A DNA stretch of 64,000 nucleotides from Lingula anatina. Its lineage: Eukaryota; Animalia; Brachiopoda. The notes beneath the pieces were generated by a model that was given only the letters and a program-made list of their open reading frames with translations, searched no databases and was not told the origin of the DNA. The stretch covers positions 15,476,651-15,540,650 of the forward strand of contig CM120647.1 of NCBI GenBank assembly GCA_051362555.1, written 5' to 3'. The position numbers and the translations under genes are program-made. This document shows, piece by piece, positions 52,160 through 64,000 of this stretch. The number at the start of each line of letters is the position of its first letter. The stretch's first letter is position 1.

Positions 52160-54566
52160 CACTGATGCTCATAAGTTAAGCAACACTTTCTAATTTTTCA
52201 AATTTGTTTGCAACCAAGCTTTGTATTGAGGCAAAATTTGTACAGTAGCTAGACATGTATCTCGTTCTTACTTTGAACTAGTGGACCGTGACATTTGAGT
52301 TTTATGGGCGGCGGTTTATACAACAATGCAAAACACGATTAGTCGTCATCGTTATCAGATCAGTCAAAATGAAAACACGATTAGTCGTCATCGTTATCAG
52401 ATCAGAAGGCAAAATACGACTAGTAGTCGTCAAAACGCAACTAGTCATCAAAACGCAACTAGTCATCAAAACGCAACTAGTCGTCATCAAAACGCAACTA
52501 GTCGTCATCAAAACGCAACTAGTCATCAAAACGCGATTTGACGCCAGATGGCGCCCATTGTACGAAAATCTAGGCCAAGTCACATGATCCACAGTGATCA
52601 AAATGGCGGACGTTATTGAAGCAGCATTATCATATTCCTCACTCGAACTCGAGAATTATCTCGAGTTCGAGATATTATTATATATATAATATCATTATTA
52701 GATTGTACGCGTAGAGATAATTCTCGAGTTCGAGCGAGGAATATGATAATGCTGCTTCAATAACGTCCGCCATTTTTATCACTGTGGATCATGTGACTTG
52801 GCCTAGATTTTCGTACAATGGGCGCCATCTGGCGTCAAATCGCGTTTTGATGACTAGTTGCGTTTTGATGACTAGTTGTGTTTTGATGATGACTAGTTGC
52901 GTTTTGATAATGACTAGTTGCGTTTTGATGACTAGTTGCGTTTTGATGACTAGTTGCGTTTTGACGACTACTAGTCGTATTTTGCCTTCTGATCTGATAA
53001 CGACGACGACTAATCGTGTTTTCATTTCGACTGATCTGATAACGATGACGACTAATCGTGTTTTGCATTTTTGTATAAACCGCCGCCCTTAGAGTTTCCT
53101 TTTACTGTTGGGCAGGGTAGAATATGCAATAGGGGTGCCACTTGTGAAAAACACAGTTTGGACATGCCATGCGGAGCTTCCAATTTGGCTAGTTTCATGG
53201 GCACAATTTGTTATATTGTACCAACCAATGGTTAGAAGAAGACTCAACGAGGTAATCATATGGCAAATTATAGGAAGCCATCGTGCTGGGGTGCCAGAGA
53301 GACAGATTGCAAGGCAATAGAGAGTAGCACCAAGTCAAGTGTCCAAGCTGGTAGCAAAATGGCGCCAAACGCATCATGTATTGGACAAACATCTTTCTGG
53401 TAGACCGAGATTAACCTACGCAAGTGTTAGAAGATGTTAGGTTCGACTACGCCACCAGAACCGGTTCATGTCGACCAAACAACTGAGAAACATCTGGCCT
53501 GGATTAGGAAGAGCTCGAGGCAGTAGGCAGACAGTCAACAGGCATCATTTAGAAGCTGGACTTTCATCTAAAAACCTCCTAAAAAGCCACCGTCGACCAA
53601 AAGACACAAGCCGATAAGTTTGGCATAAGCCAGATGCCGAGAAAGATATAATCTAAGGACTGGGTGAAGGGTCCTGTGGACTGACGAGAGCAGATTCACT
53701 TTGATGTATGCGGATGGTTGGCTGGGAGTCTGGAGAGGTCCAAACCAAGCGTTTCAGGATGATTGTGATCACCCACGTATTCAGGATGGCGGAGTACCCG
53801 TCATAGTATGGTGCGCTTTCTCATATGATGAAAAATTGCCACTGTACGTCATGCAATGGAGATACACTGGTCAACGATACAGGGAAGAAATATCATTTTG
53901 GTGCAGGACAATTTGACCATCCATAAAGCACGGTCCGTGCAAATCGCGCTGCAACAGCATGGTATTCCAAATTTGGATGGCCCTGCAATATTCGCCAATT
54001 CTCAGTGTAATTGAACATGCTAAAGATATGATTGACAGAGCAGTTAATGAGAGAAAACCTCCAGTCGGAAACATAAGAAAGCTCCAGCAGGCAGTAATTG
54101 AGGAATGGAACAGGCTCACAATGCAAGATTGACAGAATTTGTTGGCAAATTGCAGGAGATATTGTGAAGCTGTTGTTCAAAAATAGGGAAGGCACACCCA
54201 ATATTTATTGGATAATAGACGATTAATCATTTATTATCTACATTCTTATTTTATTAAAACTAATTCTTAGATGATTGAACTTTATTTTTTCATGATAAGC
54301 TGTTTTAATCAGCACGTACTTTATGCTGTGTGAGCATACTTTTTAGACACATGGTTTGGCCTATTTTGGTACCGTTTGGTTAATAAAGTTATTTTGATTA
54401 TTACAGTAAGCTATGTGGTGTATTTTATTAACAGAAATATTCAATTTGAAAAGGTTATTTATAAAATATGAAAGACATATGCATAATTCCCCTAACAAAT
54501 GAAATAATGATTATGATAGAAGAAATTTTTGAAAAAATCTGGGTGTTACTTAACTTATGAGCATCA

Positions 54567-54569
<3 letters not shown>
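52160..54569 (+). mobile_element. Tc1/mariner transposon with a degenerate transposase
   Basis: 27-bp TIR CACTGATGCTCATAAGTTAAG(C/T)AACAC at both ends with TA flanks; broken transposase from ATG 53228 (MVRRRL..IARQ, SGRPRLT, VLWTDESRF, IVWCAFSY, SPILSVIEH); empty sites at about 11870 and 59845. Confidence 0.9.
52306..53088. mobile_element. Foldback (long inverted repeat) element nested in the Tc1 copy
   Basis: Arms about 52306-52662 and 52714-53088 are near-perfect reverse complements, each with 18/21-bp tandem units CAAAACGCAACTAGTC(GTC)AT; ends GGGCGGCGGTTT / AAACCGCCGCCC. Confidence 0.88.
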
Positions 54570-54632
<63 letters not shown>

Positions 54633-54651
54633 ATGTGTGTGTGTGTGTGTG
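54570..54651. repeat. Compound (TA)n(TG)n microsatellite
   Basis: Directly visible; it is the target site of the Tc1 insertion. Confidence 0.9.
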
Positions 54652-55553
54652 AACAAGCAGGTAATACTTGTTGTTAGAAGACGCTTTAACAAATGGTAAT
54701 TGCTTTATTACGTTGAGTTGTGTAATAATGATAAAGGAAATGTTTGAAACAATATATATTGTTGGGACAATATCTCATGTCGACGTTATTCTGTATATTT
54801 CCTTGTTGAAGACTGATAATTTTTGCTCGATAACAGAGATAATTCAACTGGAAAACTGGAGTGAATTATCTAAATTTTGAAAGTTTTAGGCATATTTTAC
54901 AAATTCTGTGAATATTCTCGCTTTTCTCACGATCTGGTTTTCTCAATATCCAGAGGTCGATTTTCAATAAGATGAGAAATAAGATATAGTGAAAATTAAA
55001 TTCCAAAATCATAAATTATGAGTGAAATTAAATAAAAAAAAAACTAAAAACAACAATAATTAAATTTAAAAATCTTAAATTAGTTTAAGGTAAATGCGCA
55101 GTTCTTTGAAGATGTTGCACGAAAGATCTTTGCTTGCATTTATCATCTTAGTTCGATATTAGATTTAATTAAAATAATGAAACAATGCAAATTAAATTAA
55201 GTTGTGGTTATCACTTGTATGCAAAACAAATTGGAATTCAACCACGACAAAAAAGGGTAATGGTTGAAAAATTGTTTGGGTTGAAAAATGAGAGAGCGCT
55301 TCTGCTTTTAGACGTCCCTTCAACAAATGATAATGATTTTTTTGCATAACACAGTGTATAAATGATTGAGGGAAAGTTTGAAACCGAAAATACATTCCTG
55401 GGACCATATTTCATGACAATTTTATTCTGTGTTTCCGTGCTGAAGATTGATAGGGATTTGGTTGCACAGAAACGTATAAATAGCGGCTTGGGTTGCAAAT
55501 CTCATCGTAAAGAACTGATCCAGTCTCTTGCTAGGACAGCTTCAATTGGAATA

Positions 55554-55986
55554 ATGAAGTATTGCGCTCTTCTTGTGCTCTTGGTGCTCTTTGCCGCTGT
55601 TGTCATAGAAGGTGAGAGACACAAAGTATTAACAATGACTTGAAGTGTAAAATCTAGAGCAAAGAAAAGAGGTACGTCAGAACTGAGACCGTAATCTAGG
55701 CAGATGTTATCTCCGCTAGAGTGAAATTTAATTTTAAATCTTACATTAGTAGGTCGTAACTGGACTAAAAGAGGTCTTGATCAAAATCACACCATTGTTT
55801 ATATGTGCATTACAGCATCCAACTAAATAACGTGCAGTGTTCAGTAATTCAAAATTTGCAGATAGACGTGAGTGCTAACTGACAGTGGTATTTTGCTTCC
55901 TTTTGAAACACAAAGTGAAACGTATAATTATGCCTTAATTTGTATTTGCATAAATTATCGTGACGGTGTCAAGTTAGAAAGTATCT

Positions 55987-56069
<83 letters not shown>

Positions 56070-56499
56070 ACTGAAAAATATGCTAAAAGAATCAAAAGAT
56101 TATTTATCACTAAAACAAAAAAGAAAAAAATACCAGTAAGAAATTGAATGGAATCTAGACAAGGAAAATGTATTTGGAGTTCACAAGGGCATGGATAGTG
56201 CCACGCATTACTTATTCCTGAGCGGAATTGGAAAAAAACACAATTTTACGTTCCACTTTGTTACTTTCCTTCATTAACATTTGAATTGAGATATTACGCA
56301 CAAAATAAATGCACATGGACTTTCAGTAACACGTTTATATTTTGCGTTTTTCATTTTGATATTAGACACAGCCGGACAAAGTATAGCGCGTGCTACATGC
56401 ACCTGCTGTGGCCAAACGTGTCATACCGACAGTGGGACTTGCTACTGCGTCGGAAGTCCCCCTAATTGCCAATGTGGTGCCCGCGATTACCCAAGATAA
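55554..56499 (+). CDS. Secreted cysteine-rich peptide, copy H (63 aa): MKYCALLVLLVLFAAVVIEDTAG-QSIARATCTCCGQTCHTDSGTCYCVGSPPNCQCGARDYPR
   Basis: Exon 1 55554-55611 and exon 2 56366-56499; TATA 55475; homologous 3' exon from 57065 (the polyA hexamer there reads TATAAA at 57188). Confidence 0.87.
55989..56066. repeat. (AT)n microsatellite in intron 1 of copy H
   Basis: TA run. Confidence 0.95.
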
Positions 56500-56866
56500 A
56501 TGGTACTGTGATCATATTGTTCATGCCAGTATTTTCATTAATATAAATTCAGACCAGCTACTTGTTAAACATAAAAAATGTTGATAACAGTGCTTATCTG
56601 AAACTGATAAAACCAATTAGTAAATTCCAGAAGTCAATTTGGTGATATTGTGTGAGAGATTATAAGAAGGAATTAATGGCTCATTTAATATAAGTGTACT
56701 GACTCCACAGAAAAGTTTTTTCAAAGTTTGCAAAAGTTTGCCCAAGTGCATCAGTTTCAAGACCGAGAAACAAAAACGGGATAAACGTTTCTTAAATTTT
56801 ATTTCAAGAAAGAAAGAGAGAGAGAGAAAAGAGAAAATGAGAGTGAGCTGGGACAGAGAAAGCCAT

Positions 56867-56925
<59 letters not shown>

Positions 56926-58159
56926 TTATATTATCCAATGGAACCATATTATGTTCATTCAAGTAACTTAATAGGACAAATGCATATTGAATTATATATG
57001 GTCAATTTAATGCAACGGTTTATTATTTTACAGTTAAAAATGACATTTTTTGTTTTGTTTTCAGGATAGCCACCCGTCGAAAGTAAGCATGACCAGTTGG
57101 ACATACGGAACTCCAAACTCATCTAAATGTTAAGCTGCTGTATTTGGACATTTTTTGTGAATTTTGAATTCAACAATAAGTGAATATTATAAAGTTCGTA
57201 GTAAATACGTTGTATTTACTGCATCGTCAAAGCTCAGAATTTATTTTCCTTGTTGTTGTTAGAAATCGTCTGAATGCTTAGTACGTTTATTACACCGATG
57301 GGCAATGCACTTGAATTTAGAGGTCTATCATTTATTTCATTAACATGAATGAAAAAGTAAACTTATCAAGTTCGCTTTATTGAAATCAAAAGCACTAACT
57401 TAAGTTATAGTAACGATTAGTAATTTGCGCACAGGTTGGTCATATCAAAAAAAAAAAAATAATAATTACAGTTATCACATTATATATCAAGAAATAATGC
57501 TAGGGGATAACTCTTTGGAAATGACATTACAAGAAACGAAAAAGTATACTAGTGCAAATTATATGTACGTGCTGTCGAACACTGACAAAAAGTTTGCAGA
57601 TGTTTTCTTCTGGCTTTTTTTATATTCTCTCATTAATATAAAATCATATTAGCCAAAAGCAATAAAAATATTATGCCTTTTGTTTTCCTTGATACACGTA
57701 CATGTAACTAACAGTTGGTGTATGTTTTCATGCACTTCCTATGTGACGTTTTTGCTCCAATTCCTCCACCGCACTGCTCTTCTGAGACACGTTTTCCGCG
57801 AAGTCTACAAGACCATGTCGCCACCTTCAGGTCGTACTGCCCACACTCCTTTGAACAGCCTTTATACCTCGCCCCCTTCACTTTATCCATTAAATTTTTG
57901 GTGTCGGTCTTCAATTTTGCCATATAAGGACATAAGGAATTCGTACTGGATGTATTTGAGATACATCTGTGATGAAAAGCCCGAAACCTCCGTTGATTCA
58001 TGAATTTAAGAACAGTTTTTAAATCATAAACATATGTATGTGGTTTGCTGTAATTCAAGGAACAACGAAAGATATACACGTTGCCCCTTTTCAACGAGGC
58101 GTTCAATCTGAGCAGAAAACCAGCACATGTGCTGTGTGTTATAGTATATATAACTAGCA

Positions 58160-59035
58160 ATATACAGACTTGACATTTAATATGGAATATTTCAAAGATA
58201 AACCTGGGTAAAAATGCATGATATTTTTTTCGAAAACACCCGATCTCATATAAGATATGCATTGTTCTGTCAAAAAATTATCCGTATGTCGGCAACTACT
58301 TCATAAAAGAAGTTGAATTTCAGCTACAAGAGATCGGATTTGCATTGCGTAAAATGAGCTAAGCAGTGTTTTACAAAATTGTTGATCTGTAGCAGAATTT
58401 TGCGAAAAGGCAAACATTGGCAGACAGAATGTTGCTCCAAAATGAACAGTCTGCACAGTTTAACAGAGATATGTCCAGACTAGTGTACCTAAACAAAGGC
58501 TACGGCCAAAGTATCAAAATCTTACAACAGGGCTACAGGAACCACTGTCTTTCGGGATATGCTGCTGCAACTAAACAAAAACCACCCAGTCCGTTCATGA
58601 AGAGTAAATTGCCACCGAAATGCGTTTTTCAAGGACGTTAGCGGACACTAAACTGTTTTTAACAGGTTACTGGTTTTAACAAGTTAGAATACAAGGCGAC
58701 CCCCGAGGAACCCACTGTGAACAGTAAAACACCGTCGCCTGTTTCTCTAATGAATTGGAGACCATGACCGTTTCTGGGTAGAACAATGAAACCACGTACG
58801 AGGCTTATTTTACTGAGGTCAAATTTCACCTGAACTACTCAACTAGCCAAAATAGAGTTTACACCCAGAAGAAGCTTACAACAAGCGTGTGCCGCGTCTA
58901 AAGTGACTGAAGTCGTTGACAGCATCAGTATTTGGAGTGGATACCACATTGGTGCCAAAACACCAATGGCAGTCATCGGCGAAAACCTGAACTAGATCAA
59001 ATAAAGGAATAATCAAGGAACCACTTGACTATCAT
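58160..59035 (+). mobile_element. Truncated Tc1-like relic (duplicate of 10210-11085)
   Basis: High visual identity and the same truncation point. Confidence 0.6.
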
Positions 59036-59842
59036 TGTCACCACTAAGCCATATTTCCCCCAACCCTCACAACCGCTCGCAACTTTGTGCATGTAACAGC
59101 TATAGCGTGCCCATAAAGCAGCATCTAAAAGGATCTTCCTTAGAGACGCTTCCATGTGTTTCAAAACGAGTGTCTTTACACCGCCCTGTATTTAATGCTA
59201 CATAAAAAAAACAATTAAAAAAAGACGATAATTATCCTTCTGCACGACGCTTGGAAACTGAATTAAGACACGCAATGGCCGTTAAACCTTATTTTTTATA
59301 TTAGGAAACTAATTTTACTGGAAATTTCATAACTTTTCCATAAATCCCAGACTTTTTATCATGTTTTGTAAATACATGTAGAATCGGGCAATATAATATT
59401 TATAAGTTGAAAACGGGTTCATAAATTATGAAGTCACGTTGGTGATCGTTTTAAGGCATATCTGATGAAATTACCACCGAGTTTAATCTTGAGTTTTATA
59501 ATTGTTAAACATGCGCCACTTGTCTTTGACATTTAGAAACTTAATTGTTTACATACCACCTCAGATGCGGAGCACAATAATGTAATGAGGACAGATGGTT
59601 AGCACCTCTAGCGGGCGTTAATTAACTGTTTCTAAACAAAATAATTTGACTAATTTCCTTTGAATTTGTAATTTTCTTTATCATGTACGTGGTAGATTTA
59701 TTTGCTAGAAAATGACATCTTCCTCGCCAATCAATGTAAATGTTTTAGAATAAATCTACAACAATAACAAAGGGTTGACTTTATTTTCGAATTTGTTCCG
59801 TGTGCATTCAAAAAAGAAGAAAGCATGTACACTTAAAAAGAA

Positions 59843-59845
<3 letters not shown>

Positions 59846-59930
<85 letters not shown>
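59846..59930. repeat. (AT)n microsatellite
   Basis: TA run. Confidence 0.95.
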
Positions 59931-59931
<1 letters not shown>

Positions 59932-61560
59932 TTGACATTTAATATGGAATATTTCAATTTCAAAGGTATACCTTGGTAAAATGCGTTCTTTTTTTTTTTT
60001 TTTTTAACTAAGATATCCTATTAGATATCTGACTGAAGAAGTGTCTAGTCAGGTGTGTCGCTACCAATTAACTGACAAGTCTGTCTGTTGCATTGCTACA
60101 TTGTGTGATATGCAGTAATTTAATTGGGTAGTGCTCCATTGGGCTGGCCAAAGCTTGGCTTTGGCGAAGCATGGTTCTGCCAAAAAAGTATCCATATGTC
60201 CGCAACTGCTGCATCTACGAATTTGAAATTTTGCATGCAAGCGTACGGTTTTGCATTGCGTAAAATGAGTTAAGCAGTGTTTTAAAAAATTGTTGATCTA
60301 TGCCAGAATGGAGCGAAAAAGACAGACTTTGCCAGACGGACTATTGTGTCACACGGTATGGTCCGCACAGTTTTATAGAGTTATGCCAAAACTGATGTAC
60401 CTACACAGAGGCCACGCCCAATGTATCGAAATCTTACCACCACTGTGCAGGACGCACTGTCCTTCTGGATATGCTGCTGTAACTAAACGAAAGCCACCTA
60501 GTCCGTTCAGAATGAGGGGCAAATTGTCACCAAAACGCGTTTTTCAAGGCATTTACCGAACACCATACTGGTTTCAGCAGGTTAGGATACAAGACGACCT
60601 CTGAGTTAGCCACTGTTAACAGCAAAACAGCGTCGTCTGTTTCTCTAATGAATTGAGGGCCATGACCGTTTCTGAGTAGAACACTGAAACTGCGTGGCTT
60701 TCTTTATTGAGGTCAGATTTCACCTGTACTGCCCAACTGGTCAAAACAGAGTAAATAGACATCCTGATGAGGCCTTCGACGAAGCGTGTGCTGCTTCTAA
60801 AGTGACTAGGGTCATTGACAGCACCAGTATTTGGAGTAGATACTACATTGGTGCCAAAGCACCAATGGTAGTCATCGACGAAAACCTGAACCAGACCAAA
60901 TAAAGGAATAATATGGGAACCCATGTGGTATAATTTGATACTGGACACCTTAGGAACAGTTTTAGGGTGCATGATGAGATTGCCGGTTCACACAGAGCAC
61001 TTTTAATAGCAGATAACTTACAGAACCAAGGGAATGAGCAGCTACCTTGGTCATCAAAATCGCCATTTATGAACCACATAGACAATATGTGGGTGGGTAA
61101 TTACTCGCCGAAACAACGGCCCACCTGCCCTACAACAAAACTGAACCAAATTGAACAAGTTTTGACCGTTGCCTGAAATTTTATTCCAGATTAAACTCTA
61201 AAAACCTATCCCATGGAATTCCTTGCCGCTTGACAGCTCTGGTAGCGGCCAGATGAGGTCAGGCGTAACAGCGACTGTTGCTGTGACTAGACACTGATAT
61301 GAGGGTCCTTTGTGGGGCGTTTAACTCTTTTAAAGACGATAGTTTGGAAAATATGGAGATCTAAAATATCGTTTTCAATGGTTGTCGTATGACATAGAAA
61401 AGGCAATGTATTTTTGTTTGCTTCACTGGCGATTTCAATAAATGAACTGATGTCAAAATGACAATAAAGAGATTATTAAAAGTTATTTAAACACGACTGT
61501 AATCATTATTTTCATTTATCAGTCACCAAAACAGGAAAAAACTGATGATTTATGATTTGG
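59931..61560 (+). mobile_element. Degenerate Tc1-like element
   Basis: FIEVRFHL (cf. xDESRF), QLPWSSKSPFMNHIDNMW (cf. WPxxSPDLNPIENxW) and PCRLTALVAAR (cf. MPxRxxAVIxAxGG); many stops and frameshifts. Confidence 0.7.
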
Positions 61561-61587
61561 AAAAAATATTCCATATTAAATGTCAAG

Positions 61588-61738
<151 letters not shown>

Positions 61739-62429
61739 TGGTGGACTGCTGGTAGACTTTGAACAAGCAGGTAATATCTGTCGTTAGAAGACGCTTTAAC
61801 AAATGGTAATTGCTTTATTACGTTGAGTTGTGTAATAATGATAAAGGAAATGTTTGAAACAAAATATCTTGTTGGGACAATATCTCATGTTGTCGTTATT
61901 CTGTATATTTCCTTGTTGAAGACTGATAATTTTTGCTCGATAACAGAGAGAATTCAAATGGAAAACTGGAGTGAATTATCTAAATTTTAAAAGTATTAGG
62001 TATATTTTACAAATTCTGTGAATATTCTCGCTTTTCTCACGATCTGATTTTCTCAATATCCAGTGGTCTATTTTCAATAAGATGACAAATAAAATATAGT
62101 AAAAATTAAGATTTCTAAAATATTAATTATGAGTAAAATAAAATAAAAGCTAAAAACAACAATAATTTAATTAAAAAATATTAAATTAGTTTAAGGTAAA
62201 TGCGCAGTTCTTTGAAGATGTTGTACGAAAGATGTGAATACGTCTGGTCTATTACAAATACATCTATGCTTGTATTTATCTTTTTAGTTCGATATTAGAG
62301 AGTTAGATTTAATTAAAATAATGAAACAATGTAAATTAAATTAAGTTGAGGTTATCACTTGTATGTAAACAAATTGGAATATTACCACGACAAAAAGGGT
62401 AATGGTGACAAAATTGTTTAGGTTGAAAA

Positions 62430-62625
62430 ATGAGAGAGCGCTTCTGATTTTAGACGTTGCTTTGACAAATGATAATGGTTTTGTTGCATAGCACCGTGTA
62501 CAAATGATTGAGGAAAAGGAACTGAGACTGTAATCTAGGCAGACGTTATCTCAGCTGGAGTGAAATTTAGTAGGTCGTAACTTGATTAAAAGAGGTCTTG
62601 ATCAAAATCACACCATTGTTTATAC
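62430..62625 (+). pseudogene. Copy I remnant: proximal promoter fused to an intron-1 fragment (TATA box and exon 1 deleted)
   Basis: ..aatgattgaggaaaagg joins directly to aactgagactgtaatctaggcagacg, which lie about 300 bp apart in copy H (about 55375 and 55680). Confidence 0.7.
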
Positions 62626-64000
62626 ATACAGACTTGACATTTAATATGGAATATTTCAGTTTCGAAGGTATGCCTAGGTGAAAATGCGTTCTTTTTTCAC
62701 AAACTCCGATCTCATATAAGATATGTGAATGGAGAAGTGTGTAGTCAGGTGTGTCGCTACCAATTAACTGAACACCAGGTTTGTTGCGCTGCTGCATTAT
62801 GTAATATGCAGTGATTTAATTTGGTAGTGCTCCTTTGGGCAGGTCAAGGCTTGGTTTTGGCAAAGCATGGTTCTGTCAAAAAACTCTCCATATGTCGGCA
62901 ACTACTGCATAGAAGAATTTGAAATTTTGCATGCAAGTGGTCGGGTTTGCAGTGTGTAAAATGAGCTATGCAGTGCTTTACAAATTTGTTAATCTGTGGC
63001 AGAATGGCACGAAAAAGACAGGCATTGCCAGACAGATAATTGTGCCAAACGAAACGGTCCGCACAGTTTTATAGAGTAATGCCCAGACTGATGTACCTAC
63101 ACAGAGGCCACACCCTATGTATTGAAATCTTACCACCAGGGTACAGGACCCATTGTCTTTCGGGATATGCTGTTGCAACTAAACAAAAGCCACCTAGTCT
63201 GTTCAGAATGAGGGGTAAATTGCCACCAAAACGCATTTTTCAAGGCCCTTAGCGAACACCAAACTGGTTTTAGCAGGTTAGAATACCAGACGACCTCCGA
63301 GGAACCCACTATAAACAGCAAAACATCGTTGTATGTTTCTCTATTGAATTGGAGACCTTGACTGTTTCTGGGCTGAACACTGAAATCTCGTGGCTTTCTT
63401 TATTGAGGTCAGATTTCACCTGTACCGCTCAACAGTCAAAACAGAGTTTACAGACATCCAGAAGAGGCCAACGACGAAGCGTGTGCCGCGTCTTAAGTGA
63501 CTAAGGTCATTAACAGCGTCAGTATATGGAGTGGATACCACATTGGTGCCAAAACACCAATGGTAGTCATCGACGAAAACCTGAACCAGATCAAATAAAG
63601 AAATAATCTGGGAACCACTTGGCTATCATTTGATAGGGGACAACTTAAGAACAATTTTATGTTGCACGGTGAGATTGCCGGTTCACACAGAGCACTTTTA
63701 ATAGCAGTTTACTTACAGAACCAAGGGAATGAGCAGCTACCTTGGTCATAAAAATCGCCATATTTGAACCACATAGACAATATGTGGGTAGGCCATTTCT
63801 CTCTGAATCAATGGACTACATGTCCTACAACAAAACTGGACCAAATTGGGCAGATTTTGACCGATGCCTGGAAAGTTATTCCAGATTGAACTTGAAAAAC
63901 CTTTCCCAAGGTATGCCTTGCCACTTGACAGCGCTGGTAGCAGCCGGAAGAAGTCAGGCATAACAGCGACCGTTACTGTGACTAGACACTGACATGAGGG
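62625..64000 (+). mobile_element. Degenerate Tc1-like element (runs off the window end)
   Basis: Paralogue of 59931-61560; ORF 63742-63963 ends LKNLSQGMPCHLTALVAAGRSQA, resembling a Tc1 transposase C-terminus. Confidence 0.7.

Noticed and set aside
52288-53092. Repetitive ORFs (KTQLVI)n and (MTSCVL)n, and a possible CRISPR-like array
   Set aside because: Tandem 18/21-bp units without unique spacers inside a palindromic element; eukaryotic context and no cas genes.

Overview
AT-rich eukaryotic (animal, probably invertebrate) genomic DNA; there is no sign of prokaryotic gene organisation. The window is dominated by a tandem array of a small, spliced, secreted cysteine-rich peptide gene that the ORF track misses because its exons are tiny. 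Each gene has a TATA box, a 58-nt signal-peptide exon 1, an exon 2 encoding the peptide core C-x-CC-G-x2-C-x4-G-x-C-x-C-x-G-x-P-P-N-C-x-C, an exon 3 and AATAAA. I reconstruct six intact ORFs (A 7658, B 12863, D 27305, E 36039, F 46062, H 55554), the last exon of a seventh copy at the left edge, and three broken copies: C is split by a 3.4-kb inversion with TTAA at both breakpoints, G has lost exon 2, and I has lost the TATA box and exon 1. I do not recognise the cysteine framework as a named family; it has defensin-like elements (CxxxC, GxC, terminal CxC) with unusual spacing. Copies differ in having an amidation-ready RRPF(F/P)RG tail, in cysteine number and in mosaic ancestry. The array was built by multi-kb segmental duplications and is interspersed with transposons: an apparently intact intron-containing piggyBac, three LINE insertions, a Tc1/mariner copy carrying a nested foldback element, several Tc1 relics and MITEs.
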